A program made the translations under genes and the position numbers. A stretch of DNA of 61,553 bases, filler included, from Sphacelaria rigidula (taxonomy: Eukaryota): NCBI GenBank assembly GCA_964200075.2. It is 5 parts of 5 records of this genome, joined end to end, with 100 filler letters (N's around TTAATTAATTAA, not from the genome) between each part and the next. Parts side by side here need not be neighbours in the genome. Positions count along the whole stretch, not along the records: positions 24,664 to 36,894 come from CAXNAA020003982.1; positions 36,995 to 49,224 come from CAXNAA020003983.1; 3 more parts are not named here. One strand, written 5' to 3'. Numbering within the stretch: the first letter of the stretch is position 1; every line of letters begins with the position of its first letter. Below are positions 26,100 to 38,379 of the stretch, in pieces. Under the pieces are notes generated by a model. It ran no database searches. It was not told the DNA's origin and saw nothing but the letters and a program-made list of their open reading frames with translations.

Positions 26100-27990
26100 T
26101 CTGGCACAGGGCTGAAGGAGAGTCGCTTCTGTTTTTTGCCCCACAGATGCCGATGTCTGCTGTACCGTTGTGTATGTGGTTTACTGTTTGAACCATTGTA
26201 CATATCCCCGTGTGCAGCGCATAGCCGCTTCTTTTCAGTCCCCAAACGGTCGAGAGGGGCTTCAATCGTCTTATACCTCGTAGCCTGCGCCGATGGTTCG
26301 TATCGTTTCAAGCGTTGAAATCGCTATGGAGAAACTATGTGCGCACCCCTGAGAAGGCTTTTTCACGCGGGGATACTTCCTCGAGTTTACGGAGATGATA
26401 CCCTAACTCGCTACCCCCCCTACCCAATGACCGTTGCGCCCCGGTAGTCTCACGGGACGTGTTAGTGGAACTTGAGAACCAGTTAGGGAGGAATAGAGGA
26501 ATATCATCCCAGCAGATACATATTTTTCCAGAGTTATCTGATCTCCGTCGTTGGAAATATGAGGACGTGAGCAGCCAAAAGAAATCGACGAAAGTCGATG
26601 GTGCAGTGATGCCGGTGCGGTAATCCCGGTGCGGTAATGCCGGTGCGGTAATGCCGGTGCAGTAATGCCGGTGCGGTAATGCCGGTCCAATCCGCAATGA
26701 TACCAATATGTCGGCTGCGTACCGGAGTATAATGCGTAGATCCCTCCAGACTGCAAACTTATCTCGAGGAAGTGGAGGGATTGAAAGTACGGCGAAACAA
26801 TGAATGAATGACGGCGTTCTAGGTCGCAATCGCTGCCTCTTCATGAGGGGGAGGTGTCTCCACCGAGAAGAATGTTACCGTTACGAGTATCCCATACATG
26901 TAGCGGTCTCGATCCTGGGCAGCTTACCACACGGTTCTTAGAGTCGCACATGCACATGTGCATGTATGTCCTTTACCCATACCAGTCATCTCACGGATTA
27001 ATAACATGACGAAAAGGGCCTCAGAAGTTATTGCGGCAGAGAGAGTGGTATGGTCGCAGCGGTACTTGAACAAGACACGCAACACGACGCCGACACCATC
27101 GAAACACGCTACACGCATAATTTACCACCGCATAGAATGTCAGGAAAAGGCACCTTGAAGCACCCTGCGCTTTCGCTGAGGCTCGGGTCTTCACATGTGT
27201 GTACAGCACTCGACAGCACGAGCACCCGTCCGGGTGAAGAGCATGCGTCGTGCCCTCCCGCTCGTGCACGTTGGAAGGTACGACGAACTACATCCAGATT
27301 TCACGATACCTCGGCGTGCATGAGCATTACGGAACGTCGTCAAGGCTAGATCGAAGGCTCTCTGCCAAGCGGCTCTAGCAGCGCGACGTAGCAGTTCTCC
27401 CGTTGCCGAGGTGTTGGGTGCTAGGTGGGCTTTGCGCAAATTCGAAAGTGAGGACCTGAACTTTTGCGGAGAGGCGCGCATCGGCCATTTGAAGGCCATC
27501 ATCAGTATAGTTATGTTTGTTGTGTTTGTACTCTGCAGTTGCGACCACGTGGCTGAATTTCCGAACAAGACCCGCCGATTGAATGGGATAAAACGACTTA
27601 AAAAGACAATACCCATACTGATGGCCTTCATATGCTCAGTGAATCTCTTCCTTGAACGTTTCAAAGTTTCAGATGATACATTGTAAATCTCCGGTGAGAA
27701 ACCCAAGATATACCACACCCCTAGGTCCTTGGAAATATCATACGTCATAGTGAACGTGTCCTCAAAGTATTTGCATTCCGCCAAATATCATTTTCGGGTA
27801 TAATGTTCGAACGACGACGGCTTCGGTGTCGAAGCGGCCACGTGCTGACTTGTTCGGTACGCCGACCTGTGTCGCTTCCCTATCTTGGCTTCTTGGCCGC
27901 TTACGGCCCGCGTACCATGTAGCCGACGATATGTCTTCATACTTTAGCTCGTCCTTTGGTATCGTACGAATATTCTGTGTTTCTACTTTT
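26100..27990 (-). pseudogene. Probable decayed PIF/Harbinger-type transposase
   Basis: Scattered frameshifted motifs appear in the order expected for a Harbinger DDE transposase: ECKYFEDTFTMTYDI, LDVV, LTFYAVVNY, YGIL..G..RWRHL, KTIE..STVWGLKR. Recognised by eye only; no TIRs found. Confidence 0.4.
26600..26687. repeat. Minisatellite, 14-bp unit GGTGCGGTAATGCC, about 6 copies
   Basis: Directly visible tandem array with few substitutions. Confidence 0.9.
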
Positions 27991-28207
27991 TTCACTGACT
28001 TGCTTGTCGAATCCCGTCCTTCGGGGCGCCGTGTTTTGATGTTCGTGGGTATATTGTTCTATTATCCCTTGCCTTCTGTCTTTTTGGGCCATGGCTTATT
28101 GACCACAGGCTCTACGTTTCTGGGAAACGGGAAATATGAGAAACAGCAACAATATGCTGCACGGAGAAATATTGTAGATGTACAAGCTTCTTCATAGATT
28201 TAGTGTT

Positions 28208-31200
28208 GTTTCCTCTCCTGCCTCCGACCGCCGCCCGACTGGGGATGGTTGTGTCGGGGTAAGCTGACTAACCCCAACCAACAAGCACGCGTAGAAGAGA
28301 ATGGCATGACATGACCTACACACTAGCCTATCCTTTGTGCTGGCCGTGATGCAACACACAAACTAGCCAGTGGGCCATGCCAACAGTGTTGAAATCCAGG
28401 CTCACGGTAGCTCCTGGGTTTTACCCTGCACTGAAGCCCAAACTCAATCCCACAGCTGCAGAGTTTTACCCGAAGTGGGGGCACGGCAACCGCGTTGATG
28501 TGGAGATGAGAGGCGTGGAGGTAAGTGTCAAATCCGTGGATGGATGTGGTAACCGATGCGGTTTGGGAACGCTGCTCCCTCCCCGGGAGACCAAACCGCA
28601 GGGCAAGTACCATAATCGATGTGGCAAGAAAAACTCGGTACAGCAAAAACTCGTGGGTGAGATTGGAAGGTAAATCAGAGCCGAAAGGAGGGCGAGACAA
28701 AGAGGAAAAAGTGCAAATATAGATGAGGCTAGAGCTAGGTCGCGTGAAGGAGAGCTCAAAGCGGCGACCTACAACGTCTATACACTGTCCCTCATGGGGA
28801 AGAACGGGACTGGCCACGCTGAGGTGGTTCTACAGGAGTGTCAAGCTGTGGGGCATCAGATCGCAGGAAACAAGGAGATCGGGACGAACTGAGTCCGTTG
28901 CCGCGGGATGCCGTGTCTTCTGCTGCGCGGCGGAAGGGAGCAAAAGACTGGAAAACACGGGGTCAGGTCGGCGGTCAAGTCGATCATCAGTAAGGAGTCG
29001 ATCATCAGTAGGGCGACGTAATCAAGCACATCAGTGAACGCCTCATGTCGATGGATTTCAACCTCGCAGGCATATCGCATGCTGTTATGTTTGTAGGTGC
29101 ATATGCCCCTGCGGACACGTCAAAGTCAGGAGAAGACACACATATGTTCTGGACTGAGTTGGACAACAATGTGAACCAAAACCCCAAGAAACACCACCTG
29201 CTTCTTTCGATGGATGCTAACACTAGGACTGGGGAAAGAGCAGGTGGAGAAGAATGTGACATAGTGGGGGCATACGGCTGGGATTCCCGAACCATCAACA
29301 GCAACGTCATCTCTCTGTTACAATTTGCGGGTGACAACAGGCTTGCCCCGACCAACACGTATTTTCTTCACCTTCCAGGGAAGTACATCGCGTACATTCG
29401 GCGGCAATGCGAATCGTCCCGCGAACAAATAACGTATTGACTGCATCATCACACGGCAAGATCACCGTCCACCTTCGACCATCCAACTAACCGACTCTGA
29501 CGACAAGATCGCATGCGCCTCAGTGCAGCTCTTTGGTTGCTTCGCACGCAAGAGGCCTAGGCGAACCCCAGGGCGCAAAACGATCGATAGGCGGGCAACA
29601 ATATCTGACATTGATGGGCGTGAGCAACTCACTCAGCTCATCATTAGCGAGCTCACGCAGGGTAGAACTCGTGACACAGTCAGTGCATTGGATGTGAACT
29701 TTGCCGACGTTACTGAGCTCCGCTGACAAGATGGTGCTCCGTCAGACCCGAAAGCCACGTACACCGGGATGGTTCGAGGAAATGATGCTGCCATCCGAAC
29801 GGCGTTTGGACAGGCCTGGAACGACATGGAAAGGGCGAGGTTGACGGTGCGACTGGGACCGAGAGATATCCCCGCATGACGCACATTGTGAGCAGCGTGC
29901 AGGAAACTCAAAGCGGTGATCCAAGCTGGGGTGGACAGGTACCTAGAGGAGTATGCAAAGGAACTGGAGGGGTATATTAGAAGTGAGGACATGGGAGGAT
30001 GGCACAGACACCGAAAAGGAGGGTGGAGTCTGGAGGGACGAAAAGTAGAGAGCGAGCAGTCCATCAGAGACGAGGACGAGAACCTACTGCGGGGCAAAGG
30101 CCCAGTCTGCAAGAAATGGAAAGGTACCTCTCCACCTTGCTGAATGTTATATCGGCAGCTATCGACCGAGTCGTTATCGAGAACATTGCGCAAGGACCAA
30201 TAACGTTGTCACTTGGAGACCAGCCAAGCCCAAGTAAAAATGAGGGGACTCTGAGAGCTATGGCAAATGGCACAGCGGTGGTCCGGATGGTCTACCTGCT
30301 GAACTCCTCAAGCTTCGATTGATCGGGGAGCCTTCCACACGACAGACAGATGAGCTTGCTGTAGCTCGAGCTAGCTCTTTTTCAGCGTAGCTCCCTACTG
30401 AGCTATGAGAGCTACGTCAGCTACGCATGTTATCGCTGGGTGACCTATGACAATAACATGAGCTGCACATGGTTTCCCTGGGTGACCTATCGGACGTTGT
30501 CATCAGCGCATGTTTGCCCTGGGTGAGCTATCGGACGTAGCTCATCAATGCATGTTTGGCCTGAGTGCGCTACGAGAGCTACATGAGCTACTAATGTTCG
30601 CCCTGGGTAAGCTACCGGACGTAGCTCATTTACCCATAAAAGTCTTGGGTGACTTATGAAAGCTACATGAGCTACGCATTTTTGGTCCTGGGTGAGCTAT
30701 GATAGCTTTATGAGCTACGCATGTTTGCCCTGGGTGAGCTACCCGACGTAGCTCATCAGCAAATGCTTTCCCGGGGCGAGCTACACTCGTGTGAGAGGTT
30801 ACGCATGGCCCCTCAAGATCAAGCACCACGCGGGAGAAGTTGTTTCTGTTCCGATGCTCAAGCACGATGTATGAGAACGTCCAAATATCTGTGTTCTATG
30901 TTATTCGCCGGCGGTTGTTTTTGGAACATCCGTGGCACGAGTGAAACACAACAAAGCAATGACCTCTGGACAGCGATTGTGGGGTCACCATCGCTCATCA
31001 TCTCCTTCGCACTGCTACGTGCATCGCGGGGCCAATATTGTTTGTCCGCAGACCTTTGTACCACTGTTGGCAGAGCGTGCAGACAGCACTACACTATCTG
31101 TATTGCAGGTTGCTCAAAACGCGTTTTGGTACAGCCGCTGTACAACTGTGTGCAAACTGGTATCCACACCCTGTTGTACGCAGACAGTACAGACGGTACT

Positions 31201-34024
31201 GTCCCGTCTACACTGGACGTTATTCCAATATTTCTGTCCAGTAGTACATGGTTGCACATTTCCCGCGGGACGTCCGGCTTAAATGTTGTACCGAAACGAG
31301 GCCCGGCGCTCAAAGCGTTAACCCTATTGCACAAGTTGGACAGATCAGCTCCCTTTAGCTCGAGCTAGCTCTTTTTGGGCATGACTCCCTGCTGAGCTAT
31401 AAGAGCTACCTGAGTTTGCATATTTGCCCTGGGTGAGCTACGAGAGCTACATCAGCTACGTGTGTTTGCTGTGGGTGATCTACGCGACGCAGCTCATCCG
31501 CGCATGTTCACCCTGGATAAGGTGTGGGATCTAAATGAGCTACGCATGCTTGCCCTGGGTGAGCTATGAGAGCTGTGTGAACTACATGAGCTACGCATGT
31601 TTGTCCTGGGTGAGCTACCAATCCGTAGCTCACACGCTCGTGTTCACGTGAGCGAGCTATCGGGACTAATATCGCTCATCTGCACATGTTTGACTATAAG
31701 TGAGCAACAGCCCACCTCAAGCCCTCCTCAAAATCGTAGCCAACAGGCTCGGTGGTTTCTGCGAGGAGGCAGGGGTCTTCCCTGAAGAGCAGTGCGGATT
31801 CCTGCGTCAACGATCGACCACCGACATGATGTTCGTGGTACGCCGACTACAGGAGAGTTGGAACAGGCGAGCAATGTCCACCAAACATGTACTTCATCGA
31901 CCTGCAGAAGGCCTACGATTCCGTAGACCACACGCTCTCATGGGGAGTACTTGCCAGCTTTGGAGCCCCGCTGCGGATGATCACAGTCATGCGTACGTTG
32001 ACGACGGCATGCGAGCTCGAGTTCAGCTGGATGATGACGACCTATTTGCGTGGTTCCACGTCTGCCAGGGACTCAGGTAAGGATGCGTTTCGTCCCCGCT
32101 AGTGTCCGGCATCTGTATCGTAGCATTCATCGATGCGATCGCACAGCAGTTCGCGACAGACCCCGCTCTCGTCTCATATCTGGTATATCTAGACGACGCG
32201 CCAAAAGATCACGACGGTCGACCCCCAGAAGAGGTGCCGCTGGAGAAGGCGCGACGCGCCGCGTAGACATTGCTCTTCGCGGATGACGCTGGCAGAGCCT
32301 CGGTCCGCAGACGGGCTTGCTAGAATGATGGCCGTGGAAATGGTGGACTGTCGGAAGTTCGGATTGACGATATCGGAGAGTCCATGCGCCTATGATCAGT
32401 ACCCAGCTCCGTAGAGACCACCCTGCACGCCAGCATGGTAGGCCAAGGTATAAGCAGACGGCAGGATTTGTCTACCTTGGTGGTGCTGTAAGCGCGGATG
32501 CGAATATTTCCATCGTAATCAACCGCCGCATCTACGCTGCGGGGGTATGCCTCGAGCAGTACAGTTCCCAGCTCAACGATCGACCCAACGCCCAGCTATT
32601 CTCTTCAACTCCGGCGGCTGCTTAAAGCGGAGGTGGTAAAAGCAATGCCGTGTGGATGTGCTACATGGACGCTGCGTCCCGAGGACTTCAATAGTCTGCG
32701 CATTGCCCACCACAAGCTATTGCTGGAAGTGTTTGAATTCTGCAGGAAGAAGCAAGCTGACTACAAGACTCTTTCAAACGGAGATGCACTCGAGATGACC
32801 AACTACAAACGTATCGAGACGGTCATCCGCAAGCGCCAACTCTGGTTCGCCGGGGCCCTCACCCGGCGAGAGGAACCACATCCCCGAAAACTCGTAATGC
32901 TCGGACGGTTAGCCGCACAAGGGCCCACGGAGGCTTGTCGCCCCCCAAAACACTGAGAGAACAACCTCCAGGAGGACGTACGTGCACTAGGGTCTCTTCC
33001 ACGCAAAGAAGCACGACGGAAATGGCTTCCCTACGGTGTGGAGGTGAAAGACGCACACGATTGAGTCACTGTGGCGAAGAACACGGGCAAATAGCATCTT
33101 GGAGTCAAGAAAGGACCGAAAGACTTCGACGAGATGTGGTGACGCGAAGACAAACGCGAATCAGACCTTCATCGCAAACGAGAGGCTGCTGCGTCGAGAG
33201 CCGCCGATCGGACAGCTGCCACCGCTAGCACATTAGTACTTCCGCGTGAGAACGTCAGGATGAAAATGACCAAGATAATGTCCCACTTTATACAAGACTA
33301 GGAATGAGTGGGGAAGCTGGGTTAATACGGAAACCGATATATCTCTGTCTGCTCGTATCGATTGTTGATTTTATCCTTGGTCGGTGGTCTTGCGATGTTC
33401 CCTGGTTTTGAGTTTGTACTTGCTCTACCGCACTGTGTCCTTGGGTTTCATCGGTGCCGTAGCTCCCTTCTTGGTTCTATTTTTCTCATTTTTGTCTCTC
33501 TCCATGTCTTGCTGTTTCCCTCTTCTCAGCGTTACACAGTAGCAGTTCGGTGCCTTGCTTCCAGAGGGATTATGGATGCAAGACCCAAATAGTGGGGTCC
33601 ACAATAGCTGAGCCATAATTTGTTCCCACCATCTTCTTGTTTGTTTCCTCTATGGGTGTGGCACGCGACGTTTGCCCATGACCTTTTTTCATCTTAAGTC
33701 ATACTGCAGGGGGCGGTCATTTCTAGGTTCATTTTTTTTTTTTTCACTTTATTTCTTCTGGTCCTTCTCCGTTTCGTTCCTTTCCCCCTCTGTTTGCTTT
33801 TGCTCTGCTTTGTTTTTTTGTCTTTCCCTTCCTCCTGTTTGCTTCGGGTTTGTTCACCAGTTCACTCGTTTGTTTGTTTCATTTCTCGTGTTGTTTCCCC
33901 AAGTTCTTGTTCATTAGCGAGACTTTCCGTGTTGTTTACCGGTACCTCCATCTTGTGGTTGATGACCTAACCCCACGGCTGGACCCACCGGGGATCCGTC
34001 AATGTGTAACAATCAATCAATCAA
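28208..34024 (+). mobile_element. Near full-length but inactivated RTE-type LINE (APE endonuclease plus RT) with an (AATC)n tail
   Basis: APE motifs ATYNV (~28765), FVGAYAP and LSMDANTRTG. RT motifs LLKIVANRL..PEEQCGF..STTDMMFVVRRLQE, FIDLQKAYDSVD, GLR*GC and LFADD (~32271). C-terminal YGCATW-like region, pyrimidine-rich UTR and AATCAATCAATCAA at 34011-34024. Many stops and frameshifts; interrupted at ~30340-31700. The 5' boundary is approximate. Confidence 0.92.
30347..31682. mobile_element. Two direct copies of an internally repetitive (GAGCTAC/GTAGCTC-rich) MITE-like element inserted in the LINE
   Basis: 30347 CAGATGAGC..AGCTCGAGCTAGCTC and 31341 CAGATCAGC..AGCTCGAGCTAGCTC start alike. 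The second copy ends GCTCATCTG (31682), with flanks CACAAGTTGGA / CACATGTTTGA (9 of 11 identical). Interiors are arrays of GCATGTTTGCCCTGGGTGAGCTAC. Confidence 0.7.
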
Positions 34025-35036
34025 GACTTGGCAGATATGAGTGTCACAAAGATGCGGGTGTTGTGAATATCAAAGGCACAGCGCATGTTTCTGGCGTGTT
34101 GATCAGATATGTGGTAGATGTGCTCTATTATACGTGAGAAAGTTATTTCTCATGGTCAGTATGGAGATCGAACGAATATATGGGAGGTTGAAGAAGGCTT
34201 CATTTTACTCGTCGTGCTATTGCACCCACCCCCCTGTCTTCGGGACTAGCTGGTGGTCTCAAGGGATCAACGCGTCTTCCTCCCGATACCCACCGTGTAT
34301 TTCATTTTCAGCCGCAAGATCAGCGCTCATGGAGCCCGTCAACTTCCGTCGATTTGTTTTTTGTTTTTACCAAATCTTGCCCCCAAGTGTTTAGGCTCGC
34401 CAACCCGGTAGGTAGAGCCGTGCCTCTTCCGCACACTTCCTCCTACAAAATGCTGAGCACTACTGCACGTAGGTGATAAAGCACATCTTCTGCATATATT
34501 TATATACATAGTTGTCGTGCAAAGGTACGAAAATGACGGCGGGTGGGGGGTGCCTGTGTGTGCCGGACTTTTTGCCACCTCATCTGCCAATGGCTTGTCA
34601 AAAGCAAAAACGAGTAGCAAGCAGGCTGCCCGATGCAGCAACGCAGCCCACCCCGACACCAGTCCCTAACTCTGCCAGGAAGAAAGTGACCACACAAGGC
34701 GTGATAGCTGGTTCAGACTGGATGAAGCACCTCTCATGGGCTCTACTGGCGAAACAGCCCCAAGCGTGAGAGTTTCCACAATCTCTCGTTGTGTGTGTGT
34801 CCAGTTTTGTTTTTGCTCGCTTCACCCAACTGACTGTATCTGTATTTCCCCCCAGGGCTGCCAGGAGCAAATGACAGTAGACGTTACAGAGGTGCGGTAG
34901 CTCACGCTCTTGCCTGCACAGCAGGCGACTACCCCGCTGCAACATTTTGCCTGCTCTTCACTTCGAAAGTGTGCATGTACGCAAACGGACAGCACTGTAC
35001 TTGTGTCGGTGGCAGTTGCGCGACGGGGACATTGCC

Positions 35037-36010
35037 TTGTTACATGTCCTGTAGCGCTTCGAGGCAGGTCCTTCTCAAAAGATGCCGCACAATGACGTTG
35101 GTTTTTCTGTTGGACTGCTCATCATGCTTGGGCTGCCAAACAGAAACTTCTGGGTTAGGGTTACATGGTCGAAACCGCTTGCGATTTCCGAGTCTTTTGG
35201 ACAAAACAAATGGAATTTCGATGCCGACTTCAACCTCACCCAAATGTTGAACCTCGAAAACGAATCCAGGCTGTTAAGGGTGTTCCGCAATTCTGCTATT
35301 CCTGAAATCTGTTCCTAGAACTTTCCAGGAATTTTTACAAGGCTCCATCAAACCATTTTTCAAGGTGGTTCTGTACGCTGCTCATCAATTGATTTCCAGC
35401 TACTGTCTACGTACTATAAGCAATAAGTGGCCATGAATGTCTTCGCTGTTCTCAGCTGCGACGAGCACAACTCTTCATCCATTGCAATACTGATCTGTAC
35501 TACGTATTCTTAACGGGACTACATTCGTAATGAATGGCTGAGTGGTTCAACGCGTTTGTACGCAGTTTCGTTGCGTAACTCGGAAACCTGATCTCGAACG
35601 GTCGATGCAAGCTTGAACGCACAAGAAAAAGGCCAGTAGTACGCTACAGAATATACGATTGAACAATCAGGGCGTTCCGCGTACATTCGTACACTCCAAC
35701 GCACCCCCTCGCGGTTTCTCACGCGCATGTTTCGAGTTAGGGCGTGAAATTTCGCACACGTTTGCTATGAACAGCCTGAATCCGATTTTGAGATTCACCA
35801 TCTGTGAGAGGTTGAAGCGGTCACCAGAATTTCATCTATTTTGCCCAATAGGCTTGGGGTACGCAAGCAGCTTCGGCCATGGCACTTGTGCCAGAAGCTT
35901 TTATACGGCAGCCCAAGCATGATGAGCAGTTAGGAAAAACACACACACACCGTCAGGGTGCGGCGTTATTTGAACAGGACGTGCCTCTAAGCGCTACGGA
36001 ACACGTAACA
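35037..36010. mobile_element. Foldback / long-TIR element (arms about 240 bp)
   Basis: 35037-35275 is the diverged inverse of 35770-36010 (e.g. CTGCTCATCATGCTTGGGCTGCC / GGCAGCCCAAGCATGATGAGCAG). The spacer is about 500 bp. Confidence 0.75.
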
Positions 36011-36894
36011 AAGCATGCTGAAAACATATTTCTATGGACTAGCCATCGAGTTTCGAGTGTCTCTTGTTGATTATCTGAGAGAGACTTCATACTGTTGCGC
36101 CGGCGACGACCGCCGTCAGCGAAACGATCCAATACGGCGACAGACGCCAGCGATCTTCGAAACGCAGCATCATTCAGCAGTCTGCCGGGATATACCCTCA
36201 CCAGCATCACTACAGTACAGTCGATAAAATGGATGCCCCACAAAAAAGCTGCACACGCACACACACAACGGGGGTGAGGGTTAGTCCCACCCTTGGGGTT
36301 GTTTCGCCAGTAGCGCCCATGCGAGGCGCTTCATTCAGTCTGAACCAGCTATCACGCCTTGTATGGCCACTTCCGCCGTGGCTGGGAAGTGGTTTCGGGG
36401 TGGGACTGTCGAAGGATACTGTAGTGCGGCGCGCTTGCAAAATCCGAACCGTTTATTTTTAATTTAAAACCCGCATCAGCTGTAGTTTGAATGTCCCTCC
36501 TGTCGATCCCAAAGGGGGTCTGACCTAACGACGGAAAGTGCTGGCACCCTCTCCCTCAGATAGGATTTGTGACAACGTTAGGGTTAGGATTAGCGCCCAG
36601 GGGAAGTTCTGAAGTGACGGATGGTCTTGTTGGAAAGCAGTCGTCCATTGTAACGGGTACAAAGCATTCAAGCAAGGAAATATCGATTTTGAACAGGAAA
36701 ATATGTACTACGATACCCCTGAATGCTATCTATTCTACACGTTTCATTCCGGGCGATTTTCCCCAAATACCCCCACAGTTGTCACAGATCCTATCTGAAG
36801 GAGGAGTCATCCCACGATAGGTGGGGGGGGGGGATTTTGGGCCATTTTTTGCTCGAAATTTTGGGGCAGGTCGTCGTTGAAAGCAGGAACGGGT

Positions 36895-36994
36895 NNNNNN
36901 NNNNNNNNNNNNNNNNNNNNNNNNNNNNNNNNNNNNNNTTAATTAATTAANNNNNNNNNNNNNNNNNNNNNNNNNNNNNNNNNNNNNNNNNNNN
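36895..36994. other. Artificial contig spacer
   Basis: N44-TTAATTAATTAA-N44. Confidence 0.98.
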
Positions 36995-38213
36995 GGAATG
37001 TTTCATTTCCGTCTGGAAGGATCATGTGGATGGAGTTTGTCTAAGGAGCAGTGCAGGTGAGCTGCAAGTCTGTTCGGACATGAACTGCATTTTACATCGT
37101 GTTTAATCGACCGATGTGATGTAACGGTCCTGAATTCAAGTTGGGGTATTATATCTGGGCGCTCTCTGGGGTGTACTCGGTAAATCGAGTTCGAGAACGA
37201 TATGACTACGGGTGATCAATGTCGACGGAGGTCGAGGTCCGTTTGCCGTTGTTGGATCCGTATACATGGCTTGAAAAGCGGTTTGAGGCGTGGCTTTTTT
37301 TTCAGTATACTCATGAGCTGAATGGCGCAATAAAAGCTATAAGGCTTCAAAGCTTTCACGAAGAAGAGGTGTGCGATGCATACGTTTCCACGGAGTTGAA
37401 CAAGCAAGAGACCAGCTACGTCCTAGACGTGTTGGATACCTATTCGACTCTAGTTTCAGGTATATTGCTTGGCTGTTGGGCTGTTGCACTCCGTTGCGCA
37501 GCTGTTAAACGTACGAAAGTGCATCTTGTATGTTGAACGGTATCGAATGCGAGAGACGGATTATCACGATGGCTTCAGAATTTGAATTCGTCGACGTTTA
37601 AGATTTCTTTGCTGGTTTGAAGTCCGGAGACTTGTTTGAGGCATTGGTTTGAGATTTGGGCGTCAGCATACTCGGAGCGATGCAAGTAGCGTGATTCCGT
37701 GTTTATGATGGACGTTGTGGATCTCTTGCGAGTTGTGCGGAAATTGGATAAGCGTGTATGGCTGTTATCGAATACTGCGGTAGGGAATTGGAATTGTCAT
37801 TCTAGGTGATAATTGACGGTAGACTTCGGCAACAATGATGTCTGAGTTTATCAAGCTCTAGGTTGACTATTTGTTGGTAGTAAGTGAGGTTTGGGGGTGC
37901 TGTAGACTCCGGGCAACATTGTTACCGTGATTAGGTACGTGACTGCAGTGTAGAAAATGCATAGCAGGCGTCTATAGGCTGGTTGATGGATAACGGGTCT
38001 GAGCGTATAATCGATGGACTACTTTAAGCGTATAATCGATGGACTACGTGATGTATGATGTATGCAACACGAGATGCGCCGGTCACTTCTGGTTAACGAA
38101 AGACTGCTGTTTGTATGACTGCTTGAGTCTTGAATTGAAGTCTCTGGAGCCCTTGACGGGGAGGAAGCCTCTGGAGCAGCACTGTGACCTTGTTCTGATT
38201 TCAGACAAGTCTA
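36995..38213 (+). mobile_element. 3' part of an LTR retrotransposon: unassigned 3' region, PPT-like GGGGG and a 3' LTR (~37901-38213)
   Basis: TTGGGGGTGC is immediately followed by TGTAGAC...CTGATTTCAGACAAGTCTA. The LTR 3' half is shared with 40059-40329 and 44423-44648. The whole block has a diverged inverted copy at ~45410-46435. Confidence 0.7.
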
Positions 38214-38379
38214 TGGTGTATACGAGCCATGCTCGTGATAACTCGCATATAAAAATACACTGCTTGCAACTGGGCCGCCACTTTTCATCATATTATGGTG
38301 ATGTCAGCCCCCGAATTTCAAACTGCAGTAAGAGGGCAAATGTTCTTGGCTGCGGGACCAGGAATAGATAAGTCTCTCC

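Noticed and set aside
28208-28400. HDV-like ribozyme at the LINE 5' end
   Set aside because: Such ribozymes are known in RTE elements, but I could not assemble the nested double pseudoknot by eye; an Infernal or RNArobo search is needed.
36577-36593. Telomere-like TTAGGG sequence
   Set aside because: Only one or two units, inside a dispersed repeat.
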